IMG/VR virus record: IMGVR_UViG_2917398303_000005
Location: 1 to 29,279 of that record
DNA: 29,279 bases
Reading direction: 5' to 3' (one strand)
DNA from: a virus
Taxonomy: Duplodnaviria; Heunggongvirae; Uroviricota; Caudoviricetes
Below, piece after piece: positions 1-8,009 of this stretch (positions are counted from its first letter, which is position 1; each line of letters opens with the position of its first letter). Below the pieces are notes generated by a model. The model was given only the letters and a program-made list of their open reading frames with translations. It ran no database searches and was not told the origin of the DNA. A program made the translations under genes and the position numbers.

Positions 1-17
1 ACGCAATTTCAATAAAT

Positions 18-46
18 AAAAAAAGGGCCAGCCAATTGGCCAGCCC
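18..46 (-). terminator. putative intrinsic terminator downstream of int
   Basis: Imperfect GC-rich hairpin at 25-46 (gggccagccaattggccagccc) preceded on the plus strand by an A-run at 18-24, which is a U-run after the hairpin on the minus strand. It lies about 120 bp past the int stop, so it could instead belong to the attL/host junction. Confidence 0.35.
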
Positions 47-172
47 TTCTTAACAGGATGTCGCTTAAGCGAAATCTTAGTTAAGACGCTCCTATTAACA
101 CCCCATAACAAACAAACACTTACCATATAAAACAATTAGTTAATGCAATTTTTAATGCAGTGAATTGCAGCG

Positions 173-1222
173 TTACGCAACCTCTGCCGCCACGTTGTCG
201 CCAATACACAGTGACAACGGATTCAAGGTGACAGCTTGTTCAAGATGGTCAGGAGCAAAGTGCGCATACTTCATTGTTTCACGAATATTTGCGTGACCGA
301 GTATCTTCTGGAGTACAAGGATATTGCCGCCATTCATCATAAAATGCGCACCAAAGGTGTGACGTAAAACGTGCGTTTTCTGCCCTTCAGTCAATTCAAT
401 GTTTGTAAGTTTGAGCATCTTCTTAAAGTCCTGATAGCAGGGCTTGAACATTCTACCCTGACGTTCGGACAACTCGTCATACAGCCATTTAGGAATCGGA
501 ACCGTGCGATTCTTCTTACCTTTGGTTTTGGTGAAAGTCAGCTTGCAGGGGGAAAGTTGGGGACGTGTAAGTCTCTCAGCTTCTCCCCATCGTGCGCCGG
601 TAGCCAGGCACACCTTAACAATCATAGTAAGATTTTCTTTGCCATATTGTTCACAGGCTCGGAACAGCTCAGGGAGCTGAGACAAAGTTAGCCAGGACAT
701 TTCCTTCTCAGCTTCTTTGAACACCCGGATCCCATCTAGCGGATTAGGTAAGCTCCACTCCCCTAAACGTTTTAGCTCATTAAACACCGCTTCAAGATAC
801 TGCTGCTCACGATTGACGGTTATCGGCTTAGCGACCCATTTCGCCGGGTCTTTATGGTATCCATTATCTATCTCGCCACGCAGACGGCGGTCACGGTAAT
901 GCGCCCATTCTTTAGCCGTAAGTCGGGATGCAATCGGGTCACCCAAACCGTTACACACGATTTGAAGTTTTGCCAGCCGTGACTTACTGGCGACTAACGC
1001 CTGCCCGTGCAAATTATGCCAAAGCTGGATAATCTCACTTAAGCGCCTGCGGTCTTCTTTCTTACCGAGCCACGGCTTTTCATCGCTTTCGTTTTTTGTA
1101 AATGACTCGAATGCCTCGGCCTCACCTTTGGTATTGAATTGCCGACGGATACGCCGCCCTTCTCGACCATTTGGATAGAGCTCACATAACCATTTGCCAC
1201 TTTTTTGTTTACTTACAGTCAT
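173..1222 (-). CDS. int: phage integrase, tyrosine site-specific recombinase (P2/186 Int-like)
   Basis: 349-aa ORF. The C-terminal region HVLRHTFGAHF...LGHANIRETMKYAHF fits the tyrosine-recombinase R..HxxR..Y catalytic pattern. It sits at the prophage end, co-oriented with the repressor as in P2/186. Confidence 0.9.
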   Translation of the reverse strand: MTVSKQKSGKWLCELYPNGREGRRIRRQFNTKGEAEAFESFTKNESDEKPWLGKKEDRRRLSEIIQLWHNLHGQALVASKSRLAKLQIVCNGLGDPIASRLTAKEWAHYRDRRLRGEIDNGYHKDPAKWVAKPITVNREQQYLEAVFNELKRLGEWSLPNPLDGIRVFKEAEKEMSWLTLSQLPELFRACEQYGKENLTMIVKVCLATGARWGEAERLTRPQLSPCKLTFTKTKGKKNRTVPIPKWLYDELSERQGRMFKPCYQDFKKMLKLTNIELTEGQKTHVLRHTFGAHFMMNGGNILVLQKILGHANIRETMKYAHFAPDHLEQAVTLNPLSLCIGDNVAAEVA

Positions 1223-1246
1223 TGCGACACCGAGGCTAAAAGAGAG

Positions 1247-1585
1247 TTAATTACAAAGGGCTGTAGCAGCATCAATCAACGGTGAAATTGAAATTTTAAC
1301 ACCGTCAATCTCAGGGTCATCTTTCCATACGTCATCTAAATTAGATCCTTCCATCTTTCCTGATTTAACAGCATCTACTGCCATACCATTCAGTGGATAT
1401 CTATCATCAGTTTTGATGTCATACACAAAAGCATAAGCACGGTTAACACACGATACTTTTGCCTTTTCAAAGGATAGAGGCCACTGGTCGCCATATGCAG
1501 CCCCGTCTATCTCTTTGCTCTTCTCTGCAGCAGCGACACTAAATGAAAGAGTAAAAAGTAGAGTTAAAATAAGTTTACGCTTCAT
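1247..1585 (-). CDS. small secreted protein (signal peptide, two Cys), moron between int and cI
   Basis: 112-aa ORF with N-terminal MKRKLILTLLFTLSFSVAAA, a typical Sec signal peptide with an AxA-like cleavage site. The region is AT-rich by eye compared with the flanking int and cI. It weakly recalls small periplasmic DUF2511/YebY-like proteins from memory only. Confidence 0.6.
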   Translation of the reverse strand: MKRKLILTLLFTLSFSVAAAEKSKEIDGAAYGDQWPLSFEKAKVSCVNRAYAFVYDIKTDDRYPLNGMAVDAVKSGKMEGSNLDDVWKDDPEIDGVKISISPLIDAATALCN

Positions 1586-1611
1586 AAATTCCCTTACCGA
1601 GGCTAATATTT

Positions 1612-2016
1612 TTACTGAATGTTCTTTGTCGTGGCTAAGTGGGTATTAGAGCTAATAGTCACTTTGGATTGTTCCGGTTGCTCTTGACCAGCTTTATCGC
1701 AAGTAGCTCTCGGATTCTCAAGCGCATACCCCATGAAACTAAATTTATTGAGGATTTGAACCGCTTTAGTAGTTTTTAGGTATGCCGTATTTTCTTTATG
1801 TAGCCATACTGGATAGCAAACACCATATACAGCAGTATCATAAATTTCAGGTGTGACCGTTGGCGTATCCAGAACAACAGTAATCACACCCTTACTATCT
1901 TTTATCGATAAAGGCTGCATATCATTCAACGACTTTTTAAGCACAGACAAATTGGATGGCTGAGCATGTACAGCAAAAGAAGTGAGTAACACAAGAGCAA
2001 AAATTGAACGTTTCAT
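1612..2016 (-). CDS. small secreted protein (signal peptide), moron between int and cI
   Basis: 134-aa ORF with N-terminal MKRSIFALVLLTSFAVHAQP signal peptide. AT-rich, and tightly packed between cI (stop 2025) and the next ORF. Confidence 0.6.
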   Translation of the reverse strand: MKRSIFALVLLTSFAVHAQPSNLSVLKKSLNDMQPLSIKDSKGVITVVLDTPTVTPEIYDTAVYGVCYPVWLHKENTAYLKTTKAVQILNKFSFMGYALENPRATCDKAGQEQPEQSKVTISSNTHLATTKNIQ

Positions 2017-2024
2017 AAGTTCCC

Positions 2025-2867
2025 TTATATATGTTTTTCCAAAGTAAAAATTACAGCACCAAAAGGGGTAATGTCTGAAATATTACATTCAAACTCAGCA
2101 GATTTATTTGATAGCCTGACTTTTCCGCCGGGTAGTCGAACTACATCAAAAACATCAAAAGCGCCATCGATATCAATTAACCAGCGGCCATTACCTATAT
2201 TCGAAGCAGAACAGTCGACAAGCCAGGAAGCACCAGCACCGTCAACAAAAATCAACTCCTCAGAGTTAGACGGAATCATTGAAGGGTCAGGTTGCCAACT
2301 TCCTGCATCTTTGAGCTCACCAGACTCAAGGCGAGATTTTTTTATTGTCAGAACGTCGGGATAGCAGACCTCTTTGCTTTGTCTCATTTTCCCCTTGCCG
2401 GTAGCTAACCACTCCAGCGATACGCCAGTATCAAGGGCGCACGTAACAACAACATCACCGGGGAAGAAATCTCTCCTGACCCAAGTACTGATAGTACCAG
2501 AGGAAATATCAAGCAAATCACCAAGCTCTTTTTGCATTGTAAAACCATACGCATCAAGGATACGCCTCAATACAGGTTTTCCACCGCTCGTTAAAATCTC
2601 GTCATAAAGTAACTTCCCTTTCAACGCCGGTGCATCTTGCAAATTCAAACTGGAGATTGTTCCAGTCAGCAACCAATTTAGATCGGCACCAGTATCTAAT
2701 GAGCACTGAATTATCGCTTTTCCGGGAAAGCTATTCCGCTGAACCCACGTACTGACACTATTTGACGGGACGCCAAGCACCTCAGCCAAAGCCTTTTGCG
2801 TGCTGACACCATAGGCCGAACTTATCCGCTCAATCACATCTTGCGTATTCAAATCTTCATCATTCAT
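2025..2867 (-). CDS. cI: CI-type immunity repressor with two tandem phage-CI HTH domains and a possible S24-like C-terminal domain
   Basis: 280-aa ORF. Residues about 8-70 and 98-160 are clear paralogous repeats (…STWVQRNSFPG…DTGADLNWLLTG / …STWVRRDFFPG…DTGVSLEWLATG), resembling the phage CI repressor HTH domain. It is divergent from the rightward early operon and next to int. Confidence 0.8.
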   Translation of the reverse strand: MNDEDLNTQDVIERISSAYGVSTQKALAEVLGVPSNSVSTWVQRNSFPGKAIIQCSLDTGADLNWLLTGTISSLNLQDAPALKGKLLYDEILTSGGKPVLRRILDAYGFTMQKELGDLLDISSGTISTWVRRDFFPGDVVVTCALDTGVSLEWLATGKGKMRQSKEVCYPDVLTIKKSRLESGELKDAGSWQPDPSMIPSNSEELIFVDGAGASWLVDCSASNIGNGRWLIDIDGAFDVFDVVRLPGGKVRLSNKSAEFECNISDITPFGAVIFTLEKHI

Positions 2868-2980
2868 TTATCAATCACTCAAAATCGATTTACACGAACT
2901 CATTTTCGATCTAAAGTGGCATTCATCGACCAAGATGCACACCACTGCACCACATTTCAAACAACAGGAGATAATGCGAT
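2868..2980. promoter_or_regulatory. lysis-lysogeny switch region (operators and face-to-face early/lysogenic promoters expected)
   Basis: 113-bp gap between divergent cI and the cox/apl-like gene. Candidate rightward sigma70 promoter: -35 TTTACA at 2889-2894, 17-bp spacer, -10 TAAAGT at 2912-2917. Palindrome AAATCGATTT at 2882-2891. RBS AGGAG at 2966-2970. Promoter positions are eyeballed, not scored. Confidence 0.45.
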
Positions 2981-3352
2981 ATGTCAGATGCAAAATCAAT
3001 CTCGACGCATGATTCGCAAAACTCACAAAATCAAACTGTGCTGTTAGATCCGGCTCAGTTTGATGCCATCGTTACCGCTATGCTGCCAGCTCTGCAGACA
3101 ATGATCCGCTCCGCTATGTCAGACACAATGACAGTGAAAGACTTTGCCGCCACTCGCGGTGTAAGCGAGCGTCTGGTCTGGCAATGGCTTGATGAGGGAA
3201 TCCTCCTCAAAGCCCCAACTAAAGACTTTTCCAACAAGGAAGAGGCTGGAAAACGAAGCCGCACCCTCGTAAACGTGAAAGCATGGCGCGACAAACTAAC
3301 CCAGCAAGCGATTGATTGTCGCTACATCGACCACCGCATCGCTCTTAACTGA
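2981..3352 (+). CDS. Cox/Apl-like excisionase-regulator (HTH)
   Basis: 123-aa ORF with a strong RBS. First gene of the rightward early operon, with an HTH-like segment MTVKDFAATRGVSERLVWQWLDEG. Position matches 186 apl / P2 cox. An internal in-frame ATG at 3080 would give a 90-aa product closer to Apl in size. Confidence 0.6.
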   Translation: MSDAKSISTHDSQNSQNQTVLLDPAQFDAIVTAMLPALQTMIRSAMSDTMTVKDFAATRGVSERLVWQWLDEGILLKAPTKDFSNKEEAGKRSRTLVNVKAWRDKLTQQAIDCRYIDHRIALN

Positions 3353-3384
3353 ATTTGATTATGCAAGTTAGAGGGAATTTAACC

Positions 3385-3894
3385 ATGTTTGATTTTCAGA
3401 TTTCTAAACATCCTCACTATGACGAAGCGTGCCGGGCTTTTGCGCAGCGTCACAACATGGCGAAGCTGGCCGAGCGTGCGGGTATGAACGTTCAAACGTT
3501 ACGTAACAAGCTCAACCCGGAACAGCCTCACCAATTCACACCGCCTGAATTGTGGCTGCTGACTGACCTGACCGAAGACTCAACCCTCGTTGATGGCTTT
3601 CTGGCGCAGATTCATTGTCTGCCATGCGTGCCGGTTAATGAGCTGGCTAAAGAGAAATTGCAGTCTTATGTGATGCGCGCAATGAGTGAACTCGGCGAAC
3701 TGGCGAGCGGTGCGGTATCAAATGAACGTATGACCTCTGACCGCAAACACAGCATGGTTGAGAGTGTTAATGCAGGCATCCGCATGTTGTCTCTGTCGGC
3801 GCTGGCGTTACAGGCGCGTCTACAGGCTAACCCGGCAATGTCGAGCGTGGTTGATACCATGACCGGCATCGGCGCAACATTTGGTTTGGTATGA
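3385..3894 (+). CDS. cII: phage 186-type CII transcriptional activator (CP76 family)
   Basis: 169 aa from ATG 3385, with RBS GAGGGAA 8 nt upstream. Begins MFDFQISKHPHYDEACRAFAQRHNMAKLAERAGMNVQTLRNKLNPEQPHQF, which matches my recollection of 186 CII almost residue for residue. Confidence 0.8.
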   Translation: MFDFQISKHPHYDEACRAFAQRHNMAKLAERAGMNVQTLRNKLNPEQPHQFTPPELWLLTDLTEDSTLVDGFLAQIHCLPCVPVNELAKEKLQSYVMRAMSELGELASGAVSNERMTSDRKHSMVESVNAGIRMLSLSALALQARLQANPAMSSVVDTMTGIGATFGLV

Positions 3895-3901
3895 GGTGTT
3901 T

Positions 3902-4126
3902 ATGCAGGAAAATGAACCCTCATTCGCATCTCTGCTCGTTAAGCAAAGTCCAGGTATGCATTACGGTCACGGCTGGATCGCGGGTAAAGATGGTAAGCGC
4001 TGGCACCCGTGCCACTCTCAGTCCGAATTATTAAAAGGGCTGAAATCTAAGCAGTCGAAGTCGTCAGGCTTTTTAATTATTCGTATTGTCCACTTTATTA
4101 TTAAAGGGATTAAGCATGTCACGTGA
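3902..4126 (+). CDS. hypothetical early protein (186 fil/dhr position)
   Basis: In-operon ORF, ATG 3902 with RBS TGAGGTG upstream. 74 aa. No motif recognised. Confidence 0.5.
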   Translation: MQENEPSFASLLVKQSPGMHYGHGWIAGKDGKRWHPCHSQSELLKGLKSKQSKSSGFLIIRIVHFIIKGIKHVT

Positions 4127-4316
4127 TGAATTAAGAATTGTTTTAGGAGCCATGATTCCGAATATGGAAGACGGTTTTGAAATTAAAACCCGCGATGGTG
4201 CAATACTTCGCGTTGACCCTGAGTGGGAGTGCTGCAAAGAGTTTAAGGATGGCCTGAAAGCTGAGATTATCAGCCAGTTAAAAAGTAAACCTGCCGTTGT
4301 ATTTGGCTATAGCTAA
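4116..4316 (+). CDS. hypothetical early protein
   Basis: 66 aa from ATG 4116 with RBS AAAGGGA upstream. Overlaps the previous ORF's end, consistent with translational coupling. Confidence 0.5.
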   Translation: MSRDELRIVLGAMIPNMEDGFEIKTRDGAILRVDPEWECCKEFKDGLKAEIISQLKSKPAVVFGYS

Positions 4317-4385
4317 TTAATCACAATTAATTATCTGGCGTAAACCCGCCGGGCATTTTATTGCCCAAAATCAGGAGAGTTAGTT

Positions 4386-4613
4386 ATGCGTAATACCGAA
4401 TCCCGTAGTTTTAATACTGATAGTGATACTCTGGCCGTGCTGCTGACAGATGCCAAAAAAGAAGAACGCAAAGACCGCGCACTCGCCGTTTCAATCCGTC
4501 TTGAGGCGCTGGCTATCCATATCACTAAAGAGGGCATGAACGGCACCGAAGCCGCTGAACTGCTGCGACGTGAAGCCAACCGCTACGAAAACGAATCACA
4601 GGAGCTGCACTAA
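4386..4613 (+). CDS. hypothetical early protein (DUF2732-like, by recollection)
   Basis: 75-aa ORF with RBS AGGAGAG at 4373-4379. Its stop overlaps the next start (ATGA at 4610-4613). Confidence 0.55.
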   Translation: MRNTESRSFNTDSDTLAVLLTDAKKEERKDRALAVSIRLEALAIHITKEGMNGTEAAELLRREANRYENESQELH

Positions 4614-4834
4614 TGGCCGACGCAATGGATTTAGCACAACTGCGCGAGCAGGAAGACCGCGAACGCCACATCAGCAACGCGCGCTGCCGTATTGCAGCGA
4701 CCTCTCCTTTCCTATGCGAAGAATGTGACGCACCAATCAAGGAAGCCCGCCGTGCGGCAATTCAGGGGGTGGCATTTTGCGTGACTTGTCAGCAAATCGC
4801 CGAGCTCAAATCAAAACACTACAGGGGCGTGTAA
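4613..4834 (+). CDS. TraR/DksA-family C4 zinc-finger protein
   Basis: 73 aa with CEECDAPIKEARRAAIQGVAFCVTCQQ, a CxxC-N17-CxxC finger typical of phage TraR/DksA-like proteins found before gene A in P2-like phages. Confidence 0.75.
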   Translation: MADAMDLAQLREQEDRERHISNARCRIAATSPFLCEECDAPIKEARRAAIQGVAFCVTCQQIAELKSKHYRGV

Positions 4835-5239
4835 ATGAGTTTTCGAATCGAAATAGGTGACAAATGGATTATTACTAGCGACCAGTATCAATTTATCCTT
4901 AATGAAAAGAAAGTCGCTCAATCTGGGAAAAAATCTGGCGAGGAATGGCTTGATGCCATCGGATATTACCCAAAAATTGAACAACTTATTTCAGGATTAA
5001 TTCACCGTCATATTCAGAATTCGACCATAACTTCACTTAAAGAGATGGTCGTAGAAATAGAAAAAATGGGCGTATTATTCGCCAATGCTATTGAGAAAAT
5101 GCTCGGTCAATATACTCCTGACTTAAAAATACTGAGTCGTAATCTTTCAGACCCATTCCGTAATCCGAGGCATCTACTAGACCCAGAGAGCGGAGAAATT
5201 CACACGCTGCGGCGTACTCTCCCAATCCATCACAGGTGA
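4835..5239 (+). CDS. hypothetical protein in AT-rich island
   Basis: 134-aa ORF translationally coupled to the previous gene (TAA ATG at 4832-4837, RBS AGGGG upstream). The N-terminal ~85 aa look protein-like; the C-terminal part overlaps a convergent ORF. Confidence 0.5.
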   Translation: MSFRIEIGDKWIITSDQYQFILNEKKVAQSGKKSGEEWLDAIGYYPKIEQLISGLIHRHIQNSTITSLKEMVVEIEKMGVLFANAIEKMLGQYTPDLKILSRNLSDPFRNPRHLLDPESGEIHTLRRTLPIHHR

Positions 5240-5390
5240 GAGCCCTGTAAAAAACATTCTCATTGCAGACAAGGATTTTATATGGAACTCCAGGAATGGA
5301 TTCCTGCTGATTCTCAAACCACGCAGACAGGGCCGAATCATATGGCGGCAGATTCAAACTGTCTTTCATCTTGAATAATTTATGTTGCAT
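5088..5390 (-). CDS. hypothetical protein, convergent and overlapping the previous ORF
   Basis: About 100 aa from ATG 5390 (or GTG 5393), with RBS AAGGTG about 6 nt upstream on the minus strand. The acidic, globular-looking sequence (…KILVCNENVFYRALTCDGLGEYAAACEFLRSLGLVD…) reads more like a real protein than its antisense partner. Confidence 0.4.
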   Translation of the reverse strand: MQHKLFKMKDSLNLPPYDSALSAWFENQQESIPGVPYKILVCNENVFYRALTCDGLGEYAAACEFLRSLGLVDASDYGMGLKDYDSVFLSQEYIDRAFSQ

Positions 5391-5436
5391 CACAGCACCT
5401 TTTTAACACTCAACTTTGTGGGAGGCTACACGACCA

Positions 5437-7710
5437 ATGTTATGGAATCAAAAAGAAAGTCGACAGATGATACATGACGGAGGGGCATTAGATATTACTT
5501 TTGCTTATCCGTGGAATGCTCCACGGTCGGCTATAGCCAGCCCATACCTTACTTACGAGCATCAGCATCGCCGCGACCGTATGTTCGCGGCTTTGCTGCA
5601 TGCGAAAAAGGTGCTTTCTCTCCAGCCCGACTGCGTGCGGTTAGATGTTTATCGCACTGCGGCAGTGCTGGAGCAAAATCAGGGCATTCAACGAGCCAAT
5701 GCCTTTTTGATCAGCTTCTGCAAAAAGGCATTGCCGCGTCTTGAATTGGTCGCAAAAAAATACGAATGCGCGGGCATCAACAGCAAGGTATCAACCTCTG
5801 TTTTTGGAAGTCATTTTGATACCCAGCTTATGCAATATCTGGCCTCACGCATGGTTAATATGGTCGCCCGATATAACCGCCTCCCGGATATGTCGCGCGC
5901 TGATGTTGACCTGTTGGCCGCCGATATTGCTAATTTCATTCGTGGTGAACTTGCCAACATTAATGACCACGGATTCGGCGAGCTTAAAACGCTGTACACC
6001 TGGTATAATCGTGCTGGCTTTATTTCCCTCCAGTTCAACGTTATCCCACCCCATTGGGATCGGGTTGCAAAAAAATATGTCGGCGCGGATGAAATCGCAC
6101 CGGCTATCGCCAAGATGTTTAACGATGGGTGGTGGCGTGGTCGTTTGCGCCGGGTTGCAGCTACATGGCGCGAACACCTGCAAATTGCAGTCGGCAACGT
6201 CAGCAAGAAAAAAAACACCTATGCGAGTAAAAACTGCGTGACTGACTGGCGTGAACAAAAGCGCCGAACTCGTGAATTTCTCAAAGGTCTGGATCTCGAA
6301 GACGAAGACGGCAACCGTATCAGCCTGATTGAAAAATATGATGGCTCAGTTGCTAACCCTGCGATTCGCCGCTGTGAGCTCATGACTCGCATCCGTGGGT
6401 TTGAAAACATCTGTAATGAGCTCGGTTATGTCGGTGAGTTTTACACTCTGACCGCGCCGTCGAAATATCACGCCACGACTAAAGCCGGTTACCGTAACAG
6501 CAAATGGAGCGGTGCCAGCCCGGCTGACACGCAAAACTATCTAACCGGTATCTGGGCGCGTATCCGTGCCAAACTGCATCGGGAAGATGTCCGTATTTTC
6601 GGTATTCGTGTCGCCGAGCCCCATCACGACGGTACTCCACACTGGCACATGCTGATGTTCATGCTGCCGGAAGATGTTGAATATGTTCGCTCCATCGTAC
6701 GTAAATACGCGTGGAAAGAAGACCGCCGCGAACTGAAAAGCGATAAGGCCAAAAAAGCACGTTTCCACGCCGAGTCCATTGACCCGGAGAAAGGCAGCGC
6801 AACCGGCTATGTTGCTAAATACATCTCAAAAAATATCGACGGTTATGCTCTCGATGGTGAAACCGATGATGAAAGTGGTGAACTGCTGAAAGAGACAGCC
6901 CCCGCCGTTTCAGCATGGGCTTCGCGCTGGCACATCCGTCAGTTTCAGTTTATCGGTGGTGCGCCGGTGACGGTTTACCGTGAGTTGCGTCGCCTCGCTG
7001 ATACCGAAACCGCGCACGGACTGAGCGTTGAGTTTGCCGCCGTCCATGATGCCGCCGACGCTGGTGACTGGGCTGGGTATGTTAATGCGCAGGGTGGACC
7101 GTTTGTCCGTCGCGATGATTTACAGGTGCGCACACTGTATGAACCGCGTACCGAGCTTAATCAGTACGGTGAGGAAACGGTATGTATTAAGGGGGTCTAC
7201 GATTCCTCCATAGGTGCAGGGAGCCCGATATTAACCCGACTCACTCAGTGGAAGATTGTTCCGAAGCATGCTGTTGATTTGGCCGTTGACCTTCAGGACG
7301 GCAAAGCCGTCCCTCGGAGTTCTGTCAATAACTGTACGGGAAGCGAAAACGATCCACCGGTACTGGATTTGACAAAGCCCCTGAGTCGACGCGAAAGACG
7401 AGAGCTAACCAACCGACTCAGGAAGCAAAAGCCAGCAGCATGGCGAAAATTCATACACGGAACGGAGGAGCAAAACGCAGCTATAGCGAAAACTATCGAA
7501 GAGATACATCTGACAACCGGCATTAATATCAGCCGGGGCGAAGCTCTGCACTTGATGGCCGGTGGTAAAAGTTGTTTTGATGGTAAATGGCTACGCGGAA
7601 CGGCCAAAGGAGAAATATTTTCCACAGCACCATCGCATGAGGCTAAAGCCAGGAAAATCCTTAATCGTGTTGCTGCGATAGCTGAAGCATCAAAACCAAT
7701 ATCAGACTAA
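5437..7710 (+). CDS. A: replication initiation protein A (rolling-circle HUH endonuclease, P2 gpA-like)
   Basis: About 757 aa from ATG 5437 with RBS GGAGG at 5421-5425. HUH motif TPHWHMLMF and active-site tyrosine motif GYVAKYISKNIDG. Size and position match P2 gpA. Confidence 0.9.
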   Translation: MLWNQKESRQMIHDGGALDITFAYPWNAPRSAIASPYLTYEHQHRRDRMFAALLHAKKVLSLQPDCVRLDVYRTAAVLEQNQGIQRANAFLISFCKKALPRLELVAKKYECAGINSKVSTSVFGSHFDTQLMQYLASRMVNMVARYNRLPDMSRADVDLLAADIANFIRGELANINDHGFGELKTLYTWYNRAGFISLQFNVIPPHWDRVAKKYVGADEIAPAIAKMFNDGWWRGRLRRVAATWREHLQIAVGNVSKKKNTYASKNCVTDWREQKRRTREFLKGLDLEDEDGNRISLIEKYDGSVANPAIRRCELMTRIRGFENICNELGYVGEFYTLTAPSKYHATTKAGYRNSKWSGASPADTQNYLTGIWARIRAKLHREDVRIFGIRVAEPHHDGTPHWHMLMFMLPEDVEYVRSIVRKYAWKEDRRELKSDKAKKARFHAESIDPEKGSATGYVAKYISKNIDGYALDGETDDESGELLKETAPAVSAWASRWHIRQFQFIGGAPVTVYRELRRLADTETAHGLSVEFAAVHDAADAGDWAGYVNAQGGPFVRRDDLQVRTLYEPRTELNQYGEETVCIKGVYDSSIGAGSPILTRLTQWKIVPKHAVDLAVDLQDGKAVPRSSVNNCTGSENDPPVLDLTKPLSRRERRELTNRLRKQKPAAWRKFIHGTEEQNAAIAKTIEEIHLTTGINISRGEALHLMAGGKSCFDGKWLRGTAKGEIFSTAPSHEAKARKILNRVAAIAEASKPISD

Positions 7711-7784
7711 TTTATATCCATATCATGTACATACGACAATCGCCCTATTCGTTTTTTTTCTTCCCATCTTTTACCAATACGTGC

Positions 7785-7804
7785 TACTGTATAAACATAC
7801 AGTA
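7785..7804. promoter_or_regulatory. LexA operator (SOS box) overlapping a candidate promoter
   Basis: TACTGTATAAACATACAGTA is a near-perfect match to the CTGT-N8-ACAG consensus TACTGTATATATATACAGTA. It lies about 20 bp upstream of the RBS/ATG at 7824. A -10-like TATAAA sits inside the box. Confidence 0.75.
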
Positions 7805-7823
7805 ACCCTGTAGGAGGGATTCC

Positions 7824-8006
7824 ATGGTTGACGAACATTTCAGCCGAACGCAGCAAAAGTGGGCTTGTGTGCAATTTATTGCCGAGGTATCTCTGATTGC
7901 AAACTGCAAGCCATCAGACTTAAAGCTCGCGCTCACTCTCATTGCAGACCTAGCAAACAGCGAGAATAACGAAACCGAAGATGATAATTTTTATAAGGCT
8001 GATTAG
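7824..8006 (+). CDS. small SOS-regulated ORF (possible Tum-like antirepressor N-terminal part)
   Basis: 60-aa ORF with RBS AGGAGGG at 7812-7818, directly downstream of the LexA box. It ends at an amber TAG (8004-8006) and is in the same frame as the next ORF. Confidence 0.55.
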   Translation: MVDEHFSRTQQKWACVQFIAEVSLIANCKPSDLKLALTLIADLANSENNETEDDNFYKAD

Positions 8007-8009
8007 ATT

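Noticed and set aside
1-172. A tRNA gene or recognisable attL core at the integrase-proximal end
   Set aside because: No cloverleaf-like pattern or tRNA 3' end was recognisable in the AT-rich first 172 bp. Without the other prophage end no att repeat can be identified.
2071-3294. ORFs antisense to or overlapping the repressor and cox genes (2071-2364, 2374-2607, 2796-3047, 3055-3294)
   Set aside because: Antisense to well-supported genes, or spanning the switch region in the wrong orientation, with low-complexity translations.
5511-7625. Many 60-170-aa ORFs on both strands inside gene A (for example 5741-6241, 5845-6258, 7293-7625)
   Set aside because: They are wholly embedded in the well-supported 757-aa A reading frame, lack RBSs, and have low-complexity Arg/Ser/Pro-rich translations typical of off-frame reads of GC-rich coding DNA.
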